The notes beneath the pieces are model-generated. The model was not told the DNA's origin. It did no database searches and was given only the letters and a program-made list of their open reading frames with translations. From Trichomonas gallinae (Eukaryota): a stretch of DNA of 58,900 bases. The stretch is from assembly GCA_008369845.1 (NCBI GenBank), contig MRSU01000169.1, forward strand, positions 1 to 58,900, read 5' to 3'. This document shows positions 10,898 through 21,525 of the stretch, in pieces (within the stretch, counting starts at the first letter, position 1; each line of letters starts with the position of its first letter). Position numbers and translations under genes: made by a program.

Positions 10898-12133
10898 ATG
10901 TTTCTTTGTACTCCTCAATTCAAGTATATCCTTGTTATATCTTTGGCCGCTATGTCAATAGGCTTGGTTTTAGCGTACTGCAGTCCTGCTGCTGAATCCA
11001 TTTTGGCTGATCTCAAATATTCAACAAATCAATTCAGTATTTTGAATGCTTTGGCGGCTATATCTGCCATAGCAGGAAGTCCACTAATCAATCTAATTGT
11101 TTCAAGATTTGGAAGAAAATACGCTTCAATAGCCGCACAAATAGGAGTAGTAATTGGTTGGATCTTATTGATTATTACGGGAAAGAAATATAACTGGCTT
11201 GGATATATCTCCAGAATAATATCTGGTGTATCTATTGGCGCAACATCAGGTGTTATTCCAGTATATATAGTTGAATTAGCTCCAGAAGAATACAGAGCTG
11301 CTTTTGGAGTTATGTGCCAACTTTATGTGTCAATAGGTGCTGTGTTATCATATGCTTTTGGTTTATTCGCAAAATGGAAACTTATTGCAATATTATCATT
11401 GATTCCATGTGCATTGTTTTTCGCATTGATCTGGTTTTGTCCAGATTCACCTGTCAAAACATCGTTAATATCATCCGATGATTCAGAAAGACTATTTCAG
11501 ATCAAATTTATCAAGCCAATCATTATATCAATGTTAACTGTTATTTTCCAACAACTAAGTGGCATTAACGCACTCCTAACTAACCTAAATCCAATTTTCC
11601 AGCAATCAAGAATTACAATATCTTCAGGAGCAGCTGCTGTCTTAGTTGCTTCATCCCAAATGATATCTACAGCCCTTTCCTCAGCTTTTATCACAAAATT
11701 CGGTGATAAAATTTGCTGGATTATCTCATCTGTTGGCCAAGCCATTGCTTTGATACTATCGTTCGTTAACGAAAAGAAAAACTTGAGTCCTTATATTCCT
11801 GTTGTTTGTCTATTCTTCGATGTTTTCTTATTTGGAATGGGACTTGGACCAATTCCATGGTTTGTTGTTGCAAAAGTATTTCCTGACTCTGTTAGATCCC
11901 TTGCATCATGCCTGAATCAAGCATTTAACTGGCTTCTTTGCAGTATAATGATATTTGCTTTTGTTCCTATGGTTGATGCAATGACACTCAGCTGGGTTTA
12001 CTTCTTTTATGGCATAGTTATGGTATTATCTGTGTTCTATGGTATATTCTTACTCCCCGGCGATCACAAGAATCAAAAAGAAGATGCAGCTGATATCGAT
12101 AACACAGATACTAACGTAGTATCTGAATTATAA
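10898..12133 (+). CDS. MFS sugar porter (GLUT8/ERD6/Tret1-like)
   Basis: RFGRK loop, PVYIVELAPEEYRAAFG, PDSP, FQQLSGINA, GLGPIPW, FPDSVRS; about 12 TM segments. ATG 10898 follows the TCACTTT initiator. Confidence 0.92.
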   Translation: MFLCTPQFKYILVISLAAMSIGLVLAYCSPAAESILADLKYSTNQFSILNALAAISAIAGSPLINLIVSRFGRKYASIAAQIGVVIGWILLIITGKKYNWLGYISRIISGVSIGATSGVIPVYIVELAPEEYRAAFGVMCQLYVSIGAVLSYAFGLFAKWKLIAILSLIPCALFFALIWFCPDSPVKTSLISSDDSERLFQIKFIKPIIISMLTVIFQQLSGINALLTNLNPIFQQSRITISSGAAAVLVASSQMISTALSSAFITKFGDKICWIISSVGQAIALILSFVNEKKNLSPYIPVVCLFFDVFLFGMGLGPIPWFVVAKVFPDSVRSLASCLNQAFNWLLCSIMIFAFVPMVDAMTLSWVYFFYGIVMVLSVFYGIFLLPGDHKNQKEDAADIDNTDTNVVSEL

Positions 12134-12324
12134 TAGAGATGTTATATATTGTAAACTGTTTCTGTATATTTTTTTATTTTGAAATCCTTAGCAACCTTTT
12201 AATATTGGATTATAAATAGTAGTTAAACTTCTAGTGGATTAAGATAACAAACATGGATATTTATAAAAACAAAATTAGTATAATGAAAAAAAAATAATTG
12301 CGAGAATTCTCAACGATTGTCGTG

Positions 12325-13200
12325 TTAAAGGTTAATAGTTGTGCTTCTTCTGCGCTTCATTTGCGGAGAAAGTTGATTTGATGGAATTGGTTCAGAAACA
12401 GGAATATTATACCAAGAATTAGAAGGTATCGCAATGCGAGGCTTAGATATGAATATGGCCTGAATCTCATCCAATGATAGTCTTTTTGCAGGGTTAATTT
12501 CCAATGTCCCAGTAATTACGTCGGCAATTGCTCTATCAACAAACATTGGGATCAAAAACTTGTAGCCATTCTTTTGCTGAAGAAATGGATTGAAACCGCA
12601 TGTCATGAAATAAATTGTTACACCAAGAGACCAAATATCAGCAATAAATGGATTGAAGGTCTGGTTAGCGCGCTGTTCGGGAGCAAGGTACCCGTAGCTG
12701 CCAACAACAAAGTTGGAGGTTTCACCAGGATATTCGCAAGCCAAACCAAAATCTGCTACCTTTATTCTCCCATACCTGTCGAAAAGAATATTTGCCGGTT
12801 TTAAGTCGTGGTGTGCTATTTTTTGAGAGTGCATATATTTTAATGCACTCACGATTTGCTTGGCATAGGTAATAATCTTATCCTGTAAAGGTCTAGTTCG
12901 TTGTTTGATTAGTGTTTCGAGGCTTCCACCTTCGCAAAATTCTAATATGAGGAAATAATTGTTATTTTCTTCGAAATGAGCATATAATCTAACTATATTT
13001 GGATGGTCGAGCACCGACAATGCGTGAAATTCCTTTTCGTAATTGACTTTTTTCGTGACAATTTTGCAGACAAAATTATCATTGAAGTTTTGATGATATA
13101 CTAAAAGGCATGAAGGAAAATACTTGTTCCCGAGGCTCTTGATAACCTCGTACCCGTGTCGATGTAGTATCTCTGGTATAGATAAAGTTGTTTCATTCAT
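12325..13200 (-). CDS. Ser/Thr protein kinase (CAMK-like group, HHD catalytic loop, degenerate Gly loop)
   Basis: VCK, HPNIVRLY, LEFCEGGSL, HHDLKPANIL, DFG, YLAPE, DIWSLGV. Confidence 0.93.
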   Translation of the reverse strand: MNETTLSIPEILHRHGYEVIKSLGNKYFPSCLLVYHQNFNDNFVCKIVTKKVNYEKEFHALSVLDHPNIVRLYAHFEENNNYFLILEFCEGGSLETLIKQRTRPLQDKIITYAKQIVSALKYMHSQKIAHHDLKPANILFDRYGRIKVADFGLACEYPGETSNFVVGSYGYLAPEQRANQTFNPFIADIWSLGVTIYFMTCGFNPFLQQKNGYKFLIPMFVDRAIADVITGTLEINPAKRLSLDEIQAIFISKPRIAIPSNSWYNIPVSEPIPSNQLSPQMKRRRSTTINL

Positions 13201-13687
13201 AAAAAATATTTGTTGAAAAATATTTTTTTTTCTTTACGAAAGGAAACAAGGCTGAACAGGTCATTTTCCCTGCTTGTCTCTTATTTCTGCGTGTTTTTCG
13301 ATTATTATCGTTCGTTTTTCCTTACAATATTTTTCCAAAAATTTAAATTCATCGAAAAATCACGCTAAATCTCTATGTTTTCGATGAATAACTCCATATT
13401 ATGAAACTCTAACAGTGCTAACCAGTAATTTGACTTTATTGTTATTGCAAAAATTTTAATTCTCAATTTCTGCCTGTTACACAACGAAAAATATGTTACT
13501 TTTTAACATTAGAAGCCATCTTATTGATATTATCCCTACGTTCACGTGATAATTAATTTTCAGAAAATATTTTTCTTTTACTTCCTTAAAAAACTTGAGT
13601 TCAATCAATATACATGAAATACTTTACTCATACAAAAGTACACAAACAGTAAATGATTTATGAAAAACTTGAGTAATTATTTTGCTT

Positions 13688-14566
13688 TTAGGATTCGATT
13701 AACAATATTATTGGAGTGACATATAGCAACATATTGTGATAAGAGCGTTGAATGTCACATGAAATTTGTGGATTGAATAATATTGTGATTCTGAAGAATC
13801 CATTGCCTGGATTTCCGTTTGAAAATTTATAATTAGGAAGGACAAAATTTTCTGCTCCGGATTGAAGAGTTGCTTTTGTAAATTTTGCAAGGGAATTTAA
13901 ATAACACTCTGGATGGCCAGAAATGTAAGAACTACCTCCTCCACCACCAATGGAAGATGCTGTATCAGTTGAATTTGTTGTTGTTCCGCCAAAATATCCA
14001 CCTCCTGCACCACCCCCGCCTTCTGCGTCTCCTGACGTAGCTTGAGTAGCATCACGCCCATTCTCACCGATTCCTGGTAAAAATCCAAAGGTTTGATTAG
14101 CACCATACGAAATTAAATATAATTTTTGCGTATTTCCCCCTATTAGTCCACCAGCATATCCTCCTTTAACATAGTGGCCACTTCCACCGCCACCAGCACT
14201 AACAAGGATCCGATTTTCGAGGGCTGCTTGGTGAATCATAACGGTTGTCGCTCCACCTCCACTTGCGCCATTTGCAAACTTCTTGGTGGTATTCAGTCCG
14301 ATTCCACCCTTTCCACCACCTCCACATGTGACACTGGCAGGCTCAGATTCAAAATTTTCATCAGAACCTTTTTCACCAACAACGACAAAGATGTTTGTTT
14401 TCACAGAAAAAGAGATTATTCCGGATGTTTTGGCGCCTCTTCCACCATTTGATCCACCAGCTGCGCCCCAAGCTTCAAAAAGATATTTTCCCGGATCAAG
14501 AACAAAATTATGCATGCTGCAGTCTGGCCTATAGTCAAAGTCAAGGGTTTGATTGAACTTTGCCAT
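13688..14566 (-). CDS. Glycine-rich domain protein (trichomonad-expanded Gly-rich family)
   Basis: PGKYLFEAWGAAGG, GASGGGAT, RILVSAGGGG, GGGAGGGYFGG, GGGGSSYISGHPEC, GNGFFRIT; hydrophobic C-terminus. Confidence 0.85.
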   Translation of the reverse strand: MAKFNQTLDFDYRPDCSMHNFVLDPGKYLFEAWGAAGGSNGGRGAKTSGIISFSVKTNIFVVVGEKGSDENFESEPASVTCGGGGKGGIGLNTTKKFANGASGGGATTVMIHQAALENRILVSAGGGGSGHYVKGGYAGGLIGGNTQKLYLISYGANQTFGFLPGIGENGRDATQATSGDAEGGGGAGGGYFGGTTTNSTDTASSIGGGGGSSYISGHPECYLNSLAKFTKATLQSGAENFVLPNYKFSNGNPGNGFFRITILFNPQISCDIQRSYHNMLLYVTPIILLIES

Positions 14567-14864
14567 TGGATTATATCCTTATCATTTGATGAATCAATGT
14601 TATCAGAGAAACATTAATAATATTAGGGATTTAATAAGCATTTATCAATATTTGACTCATAATGAATAAATTATACCTATATAATTATCCACAAACTGAA
14701 AAAATAACTCCAAAATTTAATATTTTCAAAATTAGGCTGATAAATGTTCAAAATTGCATAAAATAATGGTTAAATTCTATAATATAGCTATGATTTCAAA
14801 AATACAAGCCTAATTAATTAATCTAGTATTAGATATAGATTTAATATAAAAACAAATAAAAAAA

Positions 14865-16658
14865 TTAGTCAATGAGCTGTTCTGTCTTCTTGACAAGCTG
14901 TATCAGAAGTGTCCTATTGTCTTCATCTTCGACAGTGAAAACTTTTTCCATGACTTTCGAAACTTTCTTTCTTAATTCTCCTCTTTTTGTGCTGTTTCTT
15001 TTCCCATTCAGCTTGTCCAGTGCATCCTGGTACTCGCTGGAGCTCAACAGCTCAAATTCGTTCTGTTCGAACCAGCATTTCACGTCTTCGTTTGTGGAAT
15101 TCATCAGAGCAACTTCGAGTTCACCTCTGAGGTTCTCCGCGTGCATTCCTTCTTCATTCCTCAGCTCAATCTCCTGCATCATCACTCTAAAGACAGCGAC
15201 CTGCTCGGCTGTGAGCAGCTCAGGGATGCATTTCTCGAATTCAACTGGCTTTCCTGATACTACATCCACTGCTTGGAGGATTTCAATGATTCCCATATGA
15301 TTCAGCAAGAAAGTCAATTTGATTTTAGTCGTTTCTTTGTTTTTCATTGCGAGATCTAATATATCTCCGTTGTTTCCGTAGACAGTTATGTGTCCTACTG
15401 CTGTAACAGTGATGTTCTTCTTTGTTCCAAAGGCAGTATCAGCTTCGAACAAAATTTCGTTGACGACTTTTTCGTTCGGCATCTTGTAAGTGATAAAAAT
15501 CGGGAAGCATGATATGTCGCGGACTTCTAAGTCGTGAGTCTGAGAGAGATGAGCGGCCCCTGCAACCACACATTCATCTGCGTTAAGTGACTGTCTGACT
15601 TCGCAGCCGAAAACGTTCTGAAGGATGTTTTTCACGCAAGGCAAGCGGGATGTGCCTCCATATGCTTCAATGAAGGCTACTTTGCCGCAGACCTTCTTGG
15701 ATTCTCTTGCAACTGTCTCTAGTGTGTATAAAAGTGAAGAAACTGCTTCTTCGAAATCAGATCTTTGTACGATCATCGAAATGTCAACACCAGAGACCGA
15801 TTGTACCTCAAGTTTCATTGTTTGGTTGATAGATAATGCGCATTTAAGGCGAGCAACTTCTTTTAAGAATCTCTGGAATGTTTTATCGCTCGATCTTGGA
15901 TCAACTTTGTATTTTTCCTTGCATTTCTCGCATAAATAATCTGCAAACATCAGAGTGAAATTCCTTCCACCGAGATTTTCTTCGAACGTGTGGTTAATAA
16001 CATTAATATGTCCATGTGACATTTCAACATTTGTAATGGAAAGTGATGAGTCACCAAAATCGACAAAACAGATTGTAATGGTTTCGGATTTTTCTTTTGG
16101 TATGAATTTCGGATGTTCATGATAGAATTTAACAGCAGATGATGTTGTTGAATTGACCAACTTCAAAACTTTCAATCCGACGATTTCAGCGCCTGAAAGG
16201 ATGACTTTACGTTCAGCATCACCCCACCATGGTTCTGTAATGAAAGTAACGCTTGTTGTTTCTGGATTTTTATTCTTAATTAAATTTTTAATGAGAAATG
16301 CGACTAATTGGCACGGCCTAAGGAATATGCTCCCGTCATCAAATGGAACCGACACACCAGTGAATCCATTTTCTATCTCTATGAGTTTAAATGGAATTGA
16401 TTTTTGTAATTCTTTGCGTCTGTCCGAATTATATTTAAGTCCAATGAGTGTTTTAATGTTAGTGACAGTACCTTCGATGTTCTGATACTGATAATCTTTT
16501 GCAACACGGCCGAAATGCAATCTTCTTCCCGTAAATCCAATGACTGATGGAATTAGGCGCTCAAATGACTCATTCTGGAGAATGTCAACTCCATTTCCAG
16601 ATGGTTGCGCAGCAACACAAAACTCGTTGCCGATATCTACAGTAATATTTGACTTCAT
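14865..16658 (-). CDS. Divergent Hsp70-superfamily protein, Hsp110/SSE-like
   Basis: VDIGNEFCVAA...GVDILQNESFERLIPSVIGF, DFGDSS, LGGRNF, GGTSRLP, LNADECVVAGAA; no EEVD or KDEL. ATG 16658. Confidence 0.85.
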   Translation of the reverse strand: MKSNITVDIGNEFCVAAQPSGNGVDILQNESFERLIPSVIGFTGRRLHFGRVAKDYQYQNIEGTVTNIKTLIGLKYNSDRRKELQKSIPFKLIEIENGFTGVSVPFDDGSIFLRPCQLVAFLIKNLIKNKNPETTSVTFITEPWWGDAERKVILSGAEIVGLKVLKLVNSTTSSAVKFYHEHPKFIPKEKSETITICFVDFGDSSLSITNVEMSHGHINVINHTFEENLGGRNFTLMFADYLCEKCKEKYKVDPRSSDKTFQRFLKEVARLKCALSINQTMKLEVQSVSGVDISMIVQRSDFEEAVSSLLYTLETVARESKKVCGKVAFIEAYGGTSRLPCVKNILQNVFGCEVRQSLNADECVVAGAAHLSQTHDLEVRDISCFPIFITYKMPNEKVVNEILFEADTAFGTKKNITVTAVGHITVYGNNGDILDLAMKNKETTKIKLTFLLNHMGIIEILQAVDVVSGKPVEFEKCIPELLTAEQVAVFRVMMQEIELRNEEGMHAENLRGELEVALMNSTNEDVKCWFEQNEFELLSSSEYQDALDKLNGKRNSTKRGELRKKVSKVMEKVFTVEDEDNRTLLIQLVKKTEQLID

Positions 16659-16770
16659 TAATTTTGATATAAAAAACACTAAGTCGAAATAAAAAAAATT
16701 TCAATTGATTGAAAGAACTCACATAAATATTCTATGAGACCTCTCAAATTATTATGAATTTTTATATCAT

Positions 16771-16865
16771 TTTTGACACTTTACATAATACTATGACATA
16801 TTAGATGTATTTTGACACTTTACATAATTCTATGACACTTTAGATTTATTTTGACACTTTACATA
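16771..16865. repeat. 39-bp tandem repeat (about 2.5 copies) with an internal 19-20-bp subrepeat
   Basis: TTTTGACACTTTACATA occurs at 16771, 16810 and 16849 (period 39), with intervening CTATGACAYWTTAGAT half-units. Confidence 0.9.
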
Positions 16866-17181
16866 GAATTTTTACATTCGCTGATTAATCTGTAAAAATA
16901 ACTATGATTAAAGCCACCAATCAAATTTAAATGAGATACTATACTTTGTATTGATAGTTGATATTCAAATAATAATCTCTCTAATTAGAATTACTATAAT
17001 CAAAAACAAAAACGAGATAAAAAAGAATGCATTTCACAGCATTGACTGAGCACTTGTTTCATAAAATAATCATGTTGAAATGGTTGATGTATTAATGGTA
17101 CACTATAGCATTAATTTATGCTTCATAAAATGATCTTCAAAATGCAGGGTCGACACCTTCTCTCCCCTGTTTAATTAATCC

Positions 17182-18336
17182 ATGAAATTAACAGAAGCGA
17201 TTATCAATGAAATCAACGAAATTCCAAAACTTAAGTACTTATTGATAAATCTTATGCATAAAAACGAAAATACATCTCAGGAAAACAAAGTTTTGACAAA
17301 ACAAATTGCAAATTTAAACTCAAAATACGAATCTTTGCAGAAAGATTATGAAATTTTATCATCTACATCTCAAAATCTTAAATCAGGTCATGATGATGCT
17401 GAATTTGAACGCATTCGTGCAGATTTCAATCAAAAAGCATGCGAATTTCTTACCAAGTTGATAAGAGGTATTGAAACTACTGAATCTGTCCTCACAGTCA
17501 CGAATATTGTTGAAGATTTCAAATCAGAATTAAATTTAGCGATAGAAACACAGAAATTAAGTATTCAAAAGTCAATGGCTGAGCAAACAAAGCTTTTGAA
17601 GGAGAAAACATCACTTATCAATGATATGAAAGAAAAACTTGATCGCCCAATATCAGAAGACGTAGAAAAATTATTAAGTGAAAAAGATGAAGCGATAAAC
17701 AAATATAAATCAATGCTTCAAAGGTCTGTTAAGTCAGACCAACGAAATCAGGAACAAATTTCTGTTTTACAAACTGAAATTAACAGATTAAATGATTTAA
17801 TCGCGACAAGTTCTGCAGTTCCTTCCCAGACTGCTCCAGTTGAAGAAGTAACACGTTTAGAATTACTTGTTGCAAGTTTGGAAGAAAGATTAAGAAATTC
17901 TGCACCATCAAAAGAATTAGAAGCGAAATATGATAAACTTCAGGCGATGTTTGAAAAATCTAATAGGATATACTCCCATCTCGATGAAAAATACCGAAAT
18001 CTTCAAAAAACAGTCAATCAAAAGAAATTTTATTCAATGATCGAAGAATCTTTGATTGTCGAAGTCCCAGATCGATTCACTTCAGAGCAAAAGCCTAAAA
18101 AGTCATCAAGCGAGAAGTCTAAAAAGCTCGGAAACGCAGAAGCTTTAATTGCATCTCTTAGGAAAACAATTCTTCAATATTTCTTGTGTAAAGACGATAG
18201 TCAAGCGGATCTTGTTCCAGTTATATTGGAAATCGTAGGATGCACGCCTGATCAAATAGCAACAGTTGAAAGAAACCAGGAAGCAAGAAAACATTTGATT
18301 AATAAGACTGGTGCATTTTTCGGATTCTTTGGATGA
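17182..18336 (+). CDS. Coiled-coil protein with C-terminal GRIP domain (trans-Golgi golgin-like)
   Basis: Long heptad-rich region, then SLRKTILQYFL...DLVPVILEIVGCTPDQI, which resembles the GRIP consensus YLKNVLLQFL...LVPVI..LL.FSPEE; aromatic tail GAFFGFFG. Confidence 0.75.
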   Translation: MKLTEAIINEINEIPKLKYLLINLMHKNENTSQENKVLTKQIANLNSKYESLQKDYEILSSTSQNLKSGHDDAEFERIRADFNQKACEFLTKLIRGIETTESVLTVTNIVEDFKSELNLAIETQKLSIQKSMAEQTKLLKEKTSLINDMKEKLDRPISEDVEKLLSEKDEAINKYKSMLQRSVKSDQRNQEQISVLQTEINRLNDLIATSSAVPSQTAPVEEVTRLELLVASLEERLRNSAPSKELEAKYDKLQAMFEKSNRIYSHLDEKYRNLQKTVNQKKFYSMIEESLIVEVPDRFTSEQKPKKSSSEKSKKLGNAEALIASLRKTILQYFLCKDDSQADLVPVILEIVGCTPDQIATVERNQEARKHLINKTGAFFGFFG

Positions 18337-18675
18337 TTTTATCCATTATTTTGTTATTAAACTATTGTATTTTCTTTTAATTTTATGTTTTAGCGCAATA
18401 TTTTTTTCAATATCAAAATTTCATGAATTTAGCTCAAAACAATCAGTTAAATATTCAATTTATGAGTAGATTAATGATAACAAGCACAGAGAATTAATAA
18501 TATTTGAAATAATTTTTATGAAAAATAAATTTTGACCAGAAAACTGCTATGAAATTTGTTGCGTTAGAATCGACTCCAAAAACTATAGAAGGTGAACATA
18601 TTAAAAACGATATTTTTGAAAATGAATTGAAAAATTAATTTATAAAGACAAAATAAAACGCAAGTAGTGCCCGAA

Positions 18676-19542
18676 TTAGCTAGTCGGGGCCCAAAAAGAT
18701 TGCTCACTGGAAGTTCTCTCCATATCAAATCTTTCCTTCTTCGTTACCTCATCAAAGACAACGGTTCTTGTCGGCCTTATGAAGCGAGGATCCCTGAACA
18801 TATCAGCTGGAATGTAAGGAATATATGATCGTCTTCTAATATCTCTTAGCATAATAAACTTCTCAATGTCAGATTTCGGCACTGGAGGAATGGCGATAAT
18901 AGGCATATCCTCATCTGTAAGTTTCGCTGTGTCAGTTTCAATTGAATCAAATAATTGATGTCCAACATCGATAATTGCTTGAATAATTTTATTTTGGATT
19001 GCATTGTTTATAAGCGTTGCTTCTTTGCTCGTATCAAGCGAACAAATGAGATTTTGAGAGAAAACGATTGCTAAGTTTTGTGCATTCATTTTATTCTTGG
19101 CTTTGTTTTCTTCAATCTCTAGAATGTATTTAAACAAGTAAGCTATAGTCAGCTGCCTTGGTTTTGATAATGTTGCGAAAATTGACTTGAATTTTTCTAT
19201 TTGCATCTGTTTGTTAGTGAGTTGCGAAGCTTCGTGAAGATCGTTGTAAATTGCGTGTGGGAAAAGTGGATTTTGCGGAATCATTTCTCTGAAATATTTT
19301 TTAAGTGTGCAAGCAATCGTGTGTACGCTATTATAACGAGACCAGTCTTTGACACGGCCAGCGTCAAGCTCCAAAAGTAACTCTGTAACTTGAGCAGCTG
19401 ACCCGCTTAAACGAAAAATACCTTCAGAGTCAGAAGCGTTTTCTCTTCTCAATTCATCGATGATATCGGTCACAATAAATGGTATTTTCCCTCCGAACTG
19501 CTCAGGAAGACGCGTAAAAAAGCGCGGCGCCCTACGATTCAT
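18676..19542 (-). CDS. RhoGAP domain protein
   Basis: IPFIV, EGIFRLSG (arginine finger), HTIACTLKKYFREM, NKMNAQNLAIVF. ATG 19542 lies just after TCACTTTT. Confidence 0.93.
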   Translation of the reverse strand: MNRRAPRFFTRLPEQFGGKIPFIVTDIIDELRRENASDSEGIFRLSGSAAQVTELLLELDAGRVKDWSRYNSVHTIACTLKKYFREMIPQNPLFPHAIYNDLHEASQLTNKQMQIEKFKSIFATLSKPRQLTIAYLFKYILEIEENKAKNKMNAQNLAIVFSQNLICSLDTSKEATLINNAIQNKIIQAIIDVGHQLFDSIETDTAKLTDEDMPIIAIPPVPKSDIEKFIMLRDIRRRSYIPYIPADMFRDPRFIRPTRTVVFDEVTKKERFDMERTSSEQSFWAPTS

Positions 19543-19549
19543 TGATTGA

Positions 19550-19556
19550 AAAGTGA
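19550..19556 (-). promoter_or_regulatory. Initiator TCACTTT upstream of RhoGAP
   Basis: Ends 7 nt before ATG 19542. Confidence 0.75.
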
Positions 19557-20181
19557 CCAAAAAGTGCTTCGTTTTTCGCTTTTCGCTTTTCTTTTTGTTT
19601 ATTTCGATTATCTATGCGTTACTTTCAACATTTTTCGTGGTCTCGTTGAGTTTAATCAACATTTCAAATTCCTCGAATTTCAATATTAAACATCTGAACC
19701 AGAGAGTATCACAAATGTTTTAAATTTAATGAACTCATTTCATGCCGATAATCTGAAATGAGTGTAACATACATGAAATTTTTCAATTTTACAAAATATT
19801 ATATTACTTGTCTCGAATACATCATAAATCTTAATTTTATTATGAAAATGTTATGTATTATCAATCTGAAATAGATAAAATTGATTTGAAATTTTTTCAA
19901 ATTCAATCTTGAGTTTTTGAACAAAAGTACTTCATTAGAATTCTGATATCAATGTAGATATTTTATATTTTAATCTCGAAATAAGTGAAATCAATTCGAT
20001 TTTCATTTCATAAAATCATTTTTCTGTTTATCATTGATAATTAAGATATTTTATGATTAATGTACAACTTTCTTTAGAATTAGACTGCAATATGACTGGA
20101 TCAGCATCAAAATAAAAAAAATAAGATATAAATATTTGTTTTAATCTATTAAATGAGGTGACTAAAAATGAAGAAAGACTT

Positions 20182-21525
20182 TCATTGTTGTGATGAAAAC
20201 TCCTCAATTTTAGATAATATGAAAGAATGCAAAGCTTGGCTTTGCCCTGCAATTTCTTCATCTTTGCTCTCAAGCATCGGCTCAAGATAATCTGTGAACG
20301 AATTTTCCTCAACAACTTGCATTAAAAATTCAATTCCGTCTGTTGCAATCAATCTATAGAATGCGCGCATATAGAATAATAGGATAGACGACATAACTTC
20401 TTCACTAGGAAAGATTTCAATAGCAATTGTTAAGAAATCTGAAAAAATGATTACATCAAGCATTTCGATATGGCAATAAGTGCCAATAGTGCATATAAAC
20501 ACTGCTATTTCTTTGGATTTATAGTTTTCCGTGTTGCCAATCTCATCAATCAAAAATGCAATAAAGCCGGTTGTGAACTGTGATGCTGACTCATTATCCG
20601 CATCAATGCACTTCCCAAACATGAATAAAATATAGGGAAACACATAGTTTTTAAGTATTATGATATTTTCGAGTACTGGAATTTCGATTCGATAAATTTC
20701 TGGGGAGTATATTGATGAGAGTATCCTAAGTATAGCATTTATCTGTGATATTGATAAATCAACTGAATTTTTTACAACAAAATCCATCAAAATATTGAAA
20801 TAATTATTTTGATGACAAAACTCATGGAACTCATCAATATCACAGAATTCTCCAATAACATATGCAATGAAGTTGATATGATTGATGTAGTTTTGAGGCT
20901 CTGATAAATAAGATCCGCATGCAAAAACAAATTTTTGTCCAAGAGGTGTTAATCTGTAGTTTGAGAGAAGCTGCTCGCATCCATTTATATCTGCTTTCGG
21001 ATAAGTAGTAGCGTATTCGATTATTTGCTTGAAATTTAATGAGTTTGCTAAATACTCAAATATTTTATCAGAATCCTTTATCATATTATTAAATAAAGTG
21101 CATATTCTATTGATTGATAAGAGATTTTCGTTGAAAATTTGTATGAAATCTTCTAATAAGCCGTTTTCTAAGAATAAAATTGTGTAATTTGAGTCGCAAA
21201 ATACTAATGAATTGAGGAAATCAATGCAGCTTACAACATTATACTTGTTTGCGTTGTCTGTAAGCATTGCATCGATAATAAGTAAAAAATTCGTTTCCAA
21301 AATTCGTTCTGTGAATGGAGTATTGATGTGTTTTTCACTTACATCGCGAGTAAATTGATTGAAGAGTTCAATGAGACCAACAATATTACTTTCATTCCAT
21401 AATTTTTCAATTATTGAAATAATAGCAATGATATCTTCTTGAATTGTGAATACATCGGTAGTTTTTCGTTCGGAATCGCGTACAATGCTGTCTAACTCAT
21501 TATTTTCTTCGTTCTTAAATTCCAT
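20182..21525 (-). CDS. Hypothetical alpha-solenoid (ARM-like) protein
   Basis: 447-codon ORF, acidic and I/L/F-rich helical pattern; C-terminal LEPMLESKDEEIAGQSQAL resembles an ARM-type end. Confidence 0.7.
   Translation of the reverse strand: MEFKNEENNELDSIVRDSERKTTDVFTIQEDIIAIISIIEKLWNESNIVGLIELFNQFTRDVSEKHINTPFTERILETNFLLIIDAMLTDNANKYNVVSCIDFLNSLVFCDSNYTILFLENGLLEDFIQIFNENLLSINRICTLFNNMIKDSDKIFEYLANSLNFKQIIEYATTYPKADINGCEQLLSNYRLTPLGQKFVFACGSYLSEPQNYINHINFIAYVIGEFCDIDEFHEFCHQNNYFNILMDFVVKNSVDLSISQINAILRILSSIYSPEIYRIEIPVLENIIILKNYVFPYILFMFGKCIDADNESASQFTTGFIAFLIDEIGNTENYKSKEIAVFICTIGTYCHIEMLDVIIFSDFLTIAIEIFPSEEVMSSILLFYMRAFYRLIATDGIEFLMQVVEENSFTDYLEPMLESKDEEIAGQSQALHSFILSKIEEFSSQQ

Noticed and set aside
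13201..13228. 11-bp inverted repeat upstream of the kinase ATG
   Set aside because: Entirely A/T; expected by chance in this composition.
17169..17194. 26-nt GT...AACAG segment as a short trichomonad intron
   Set aside because: No CTAAC branch motif, and splicing does not join the upstream ATG to the GRIP frame.
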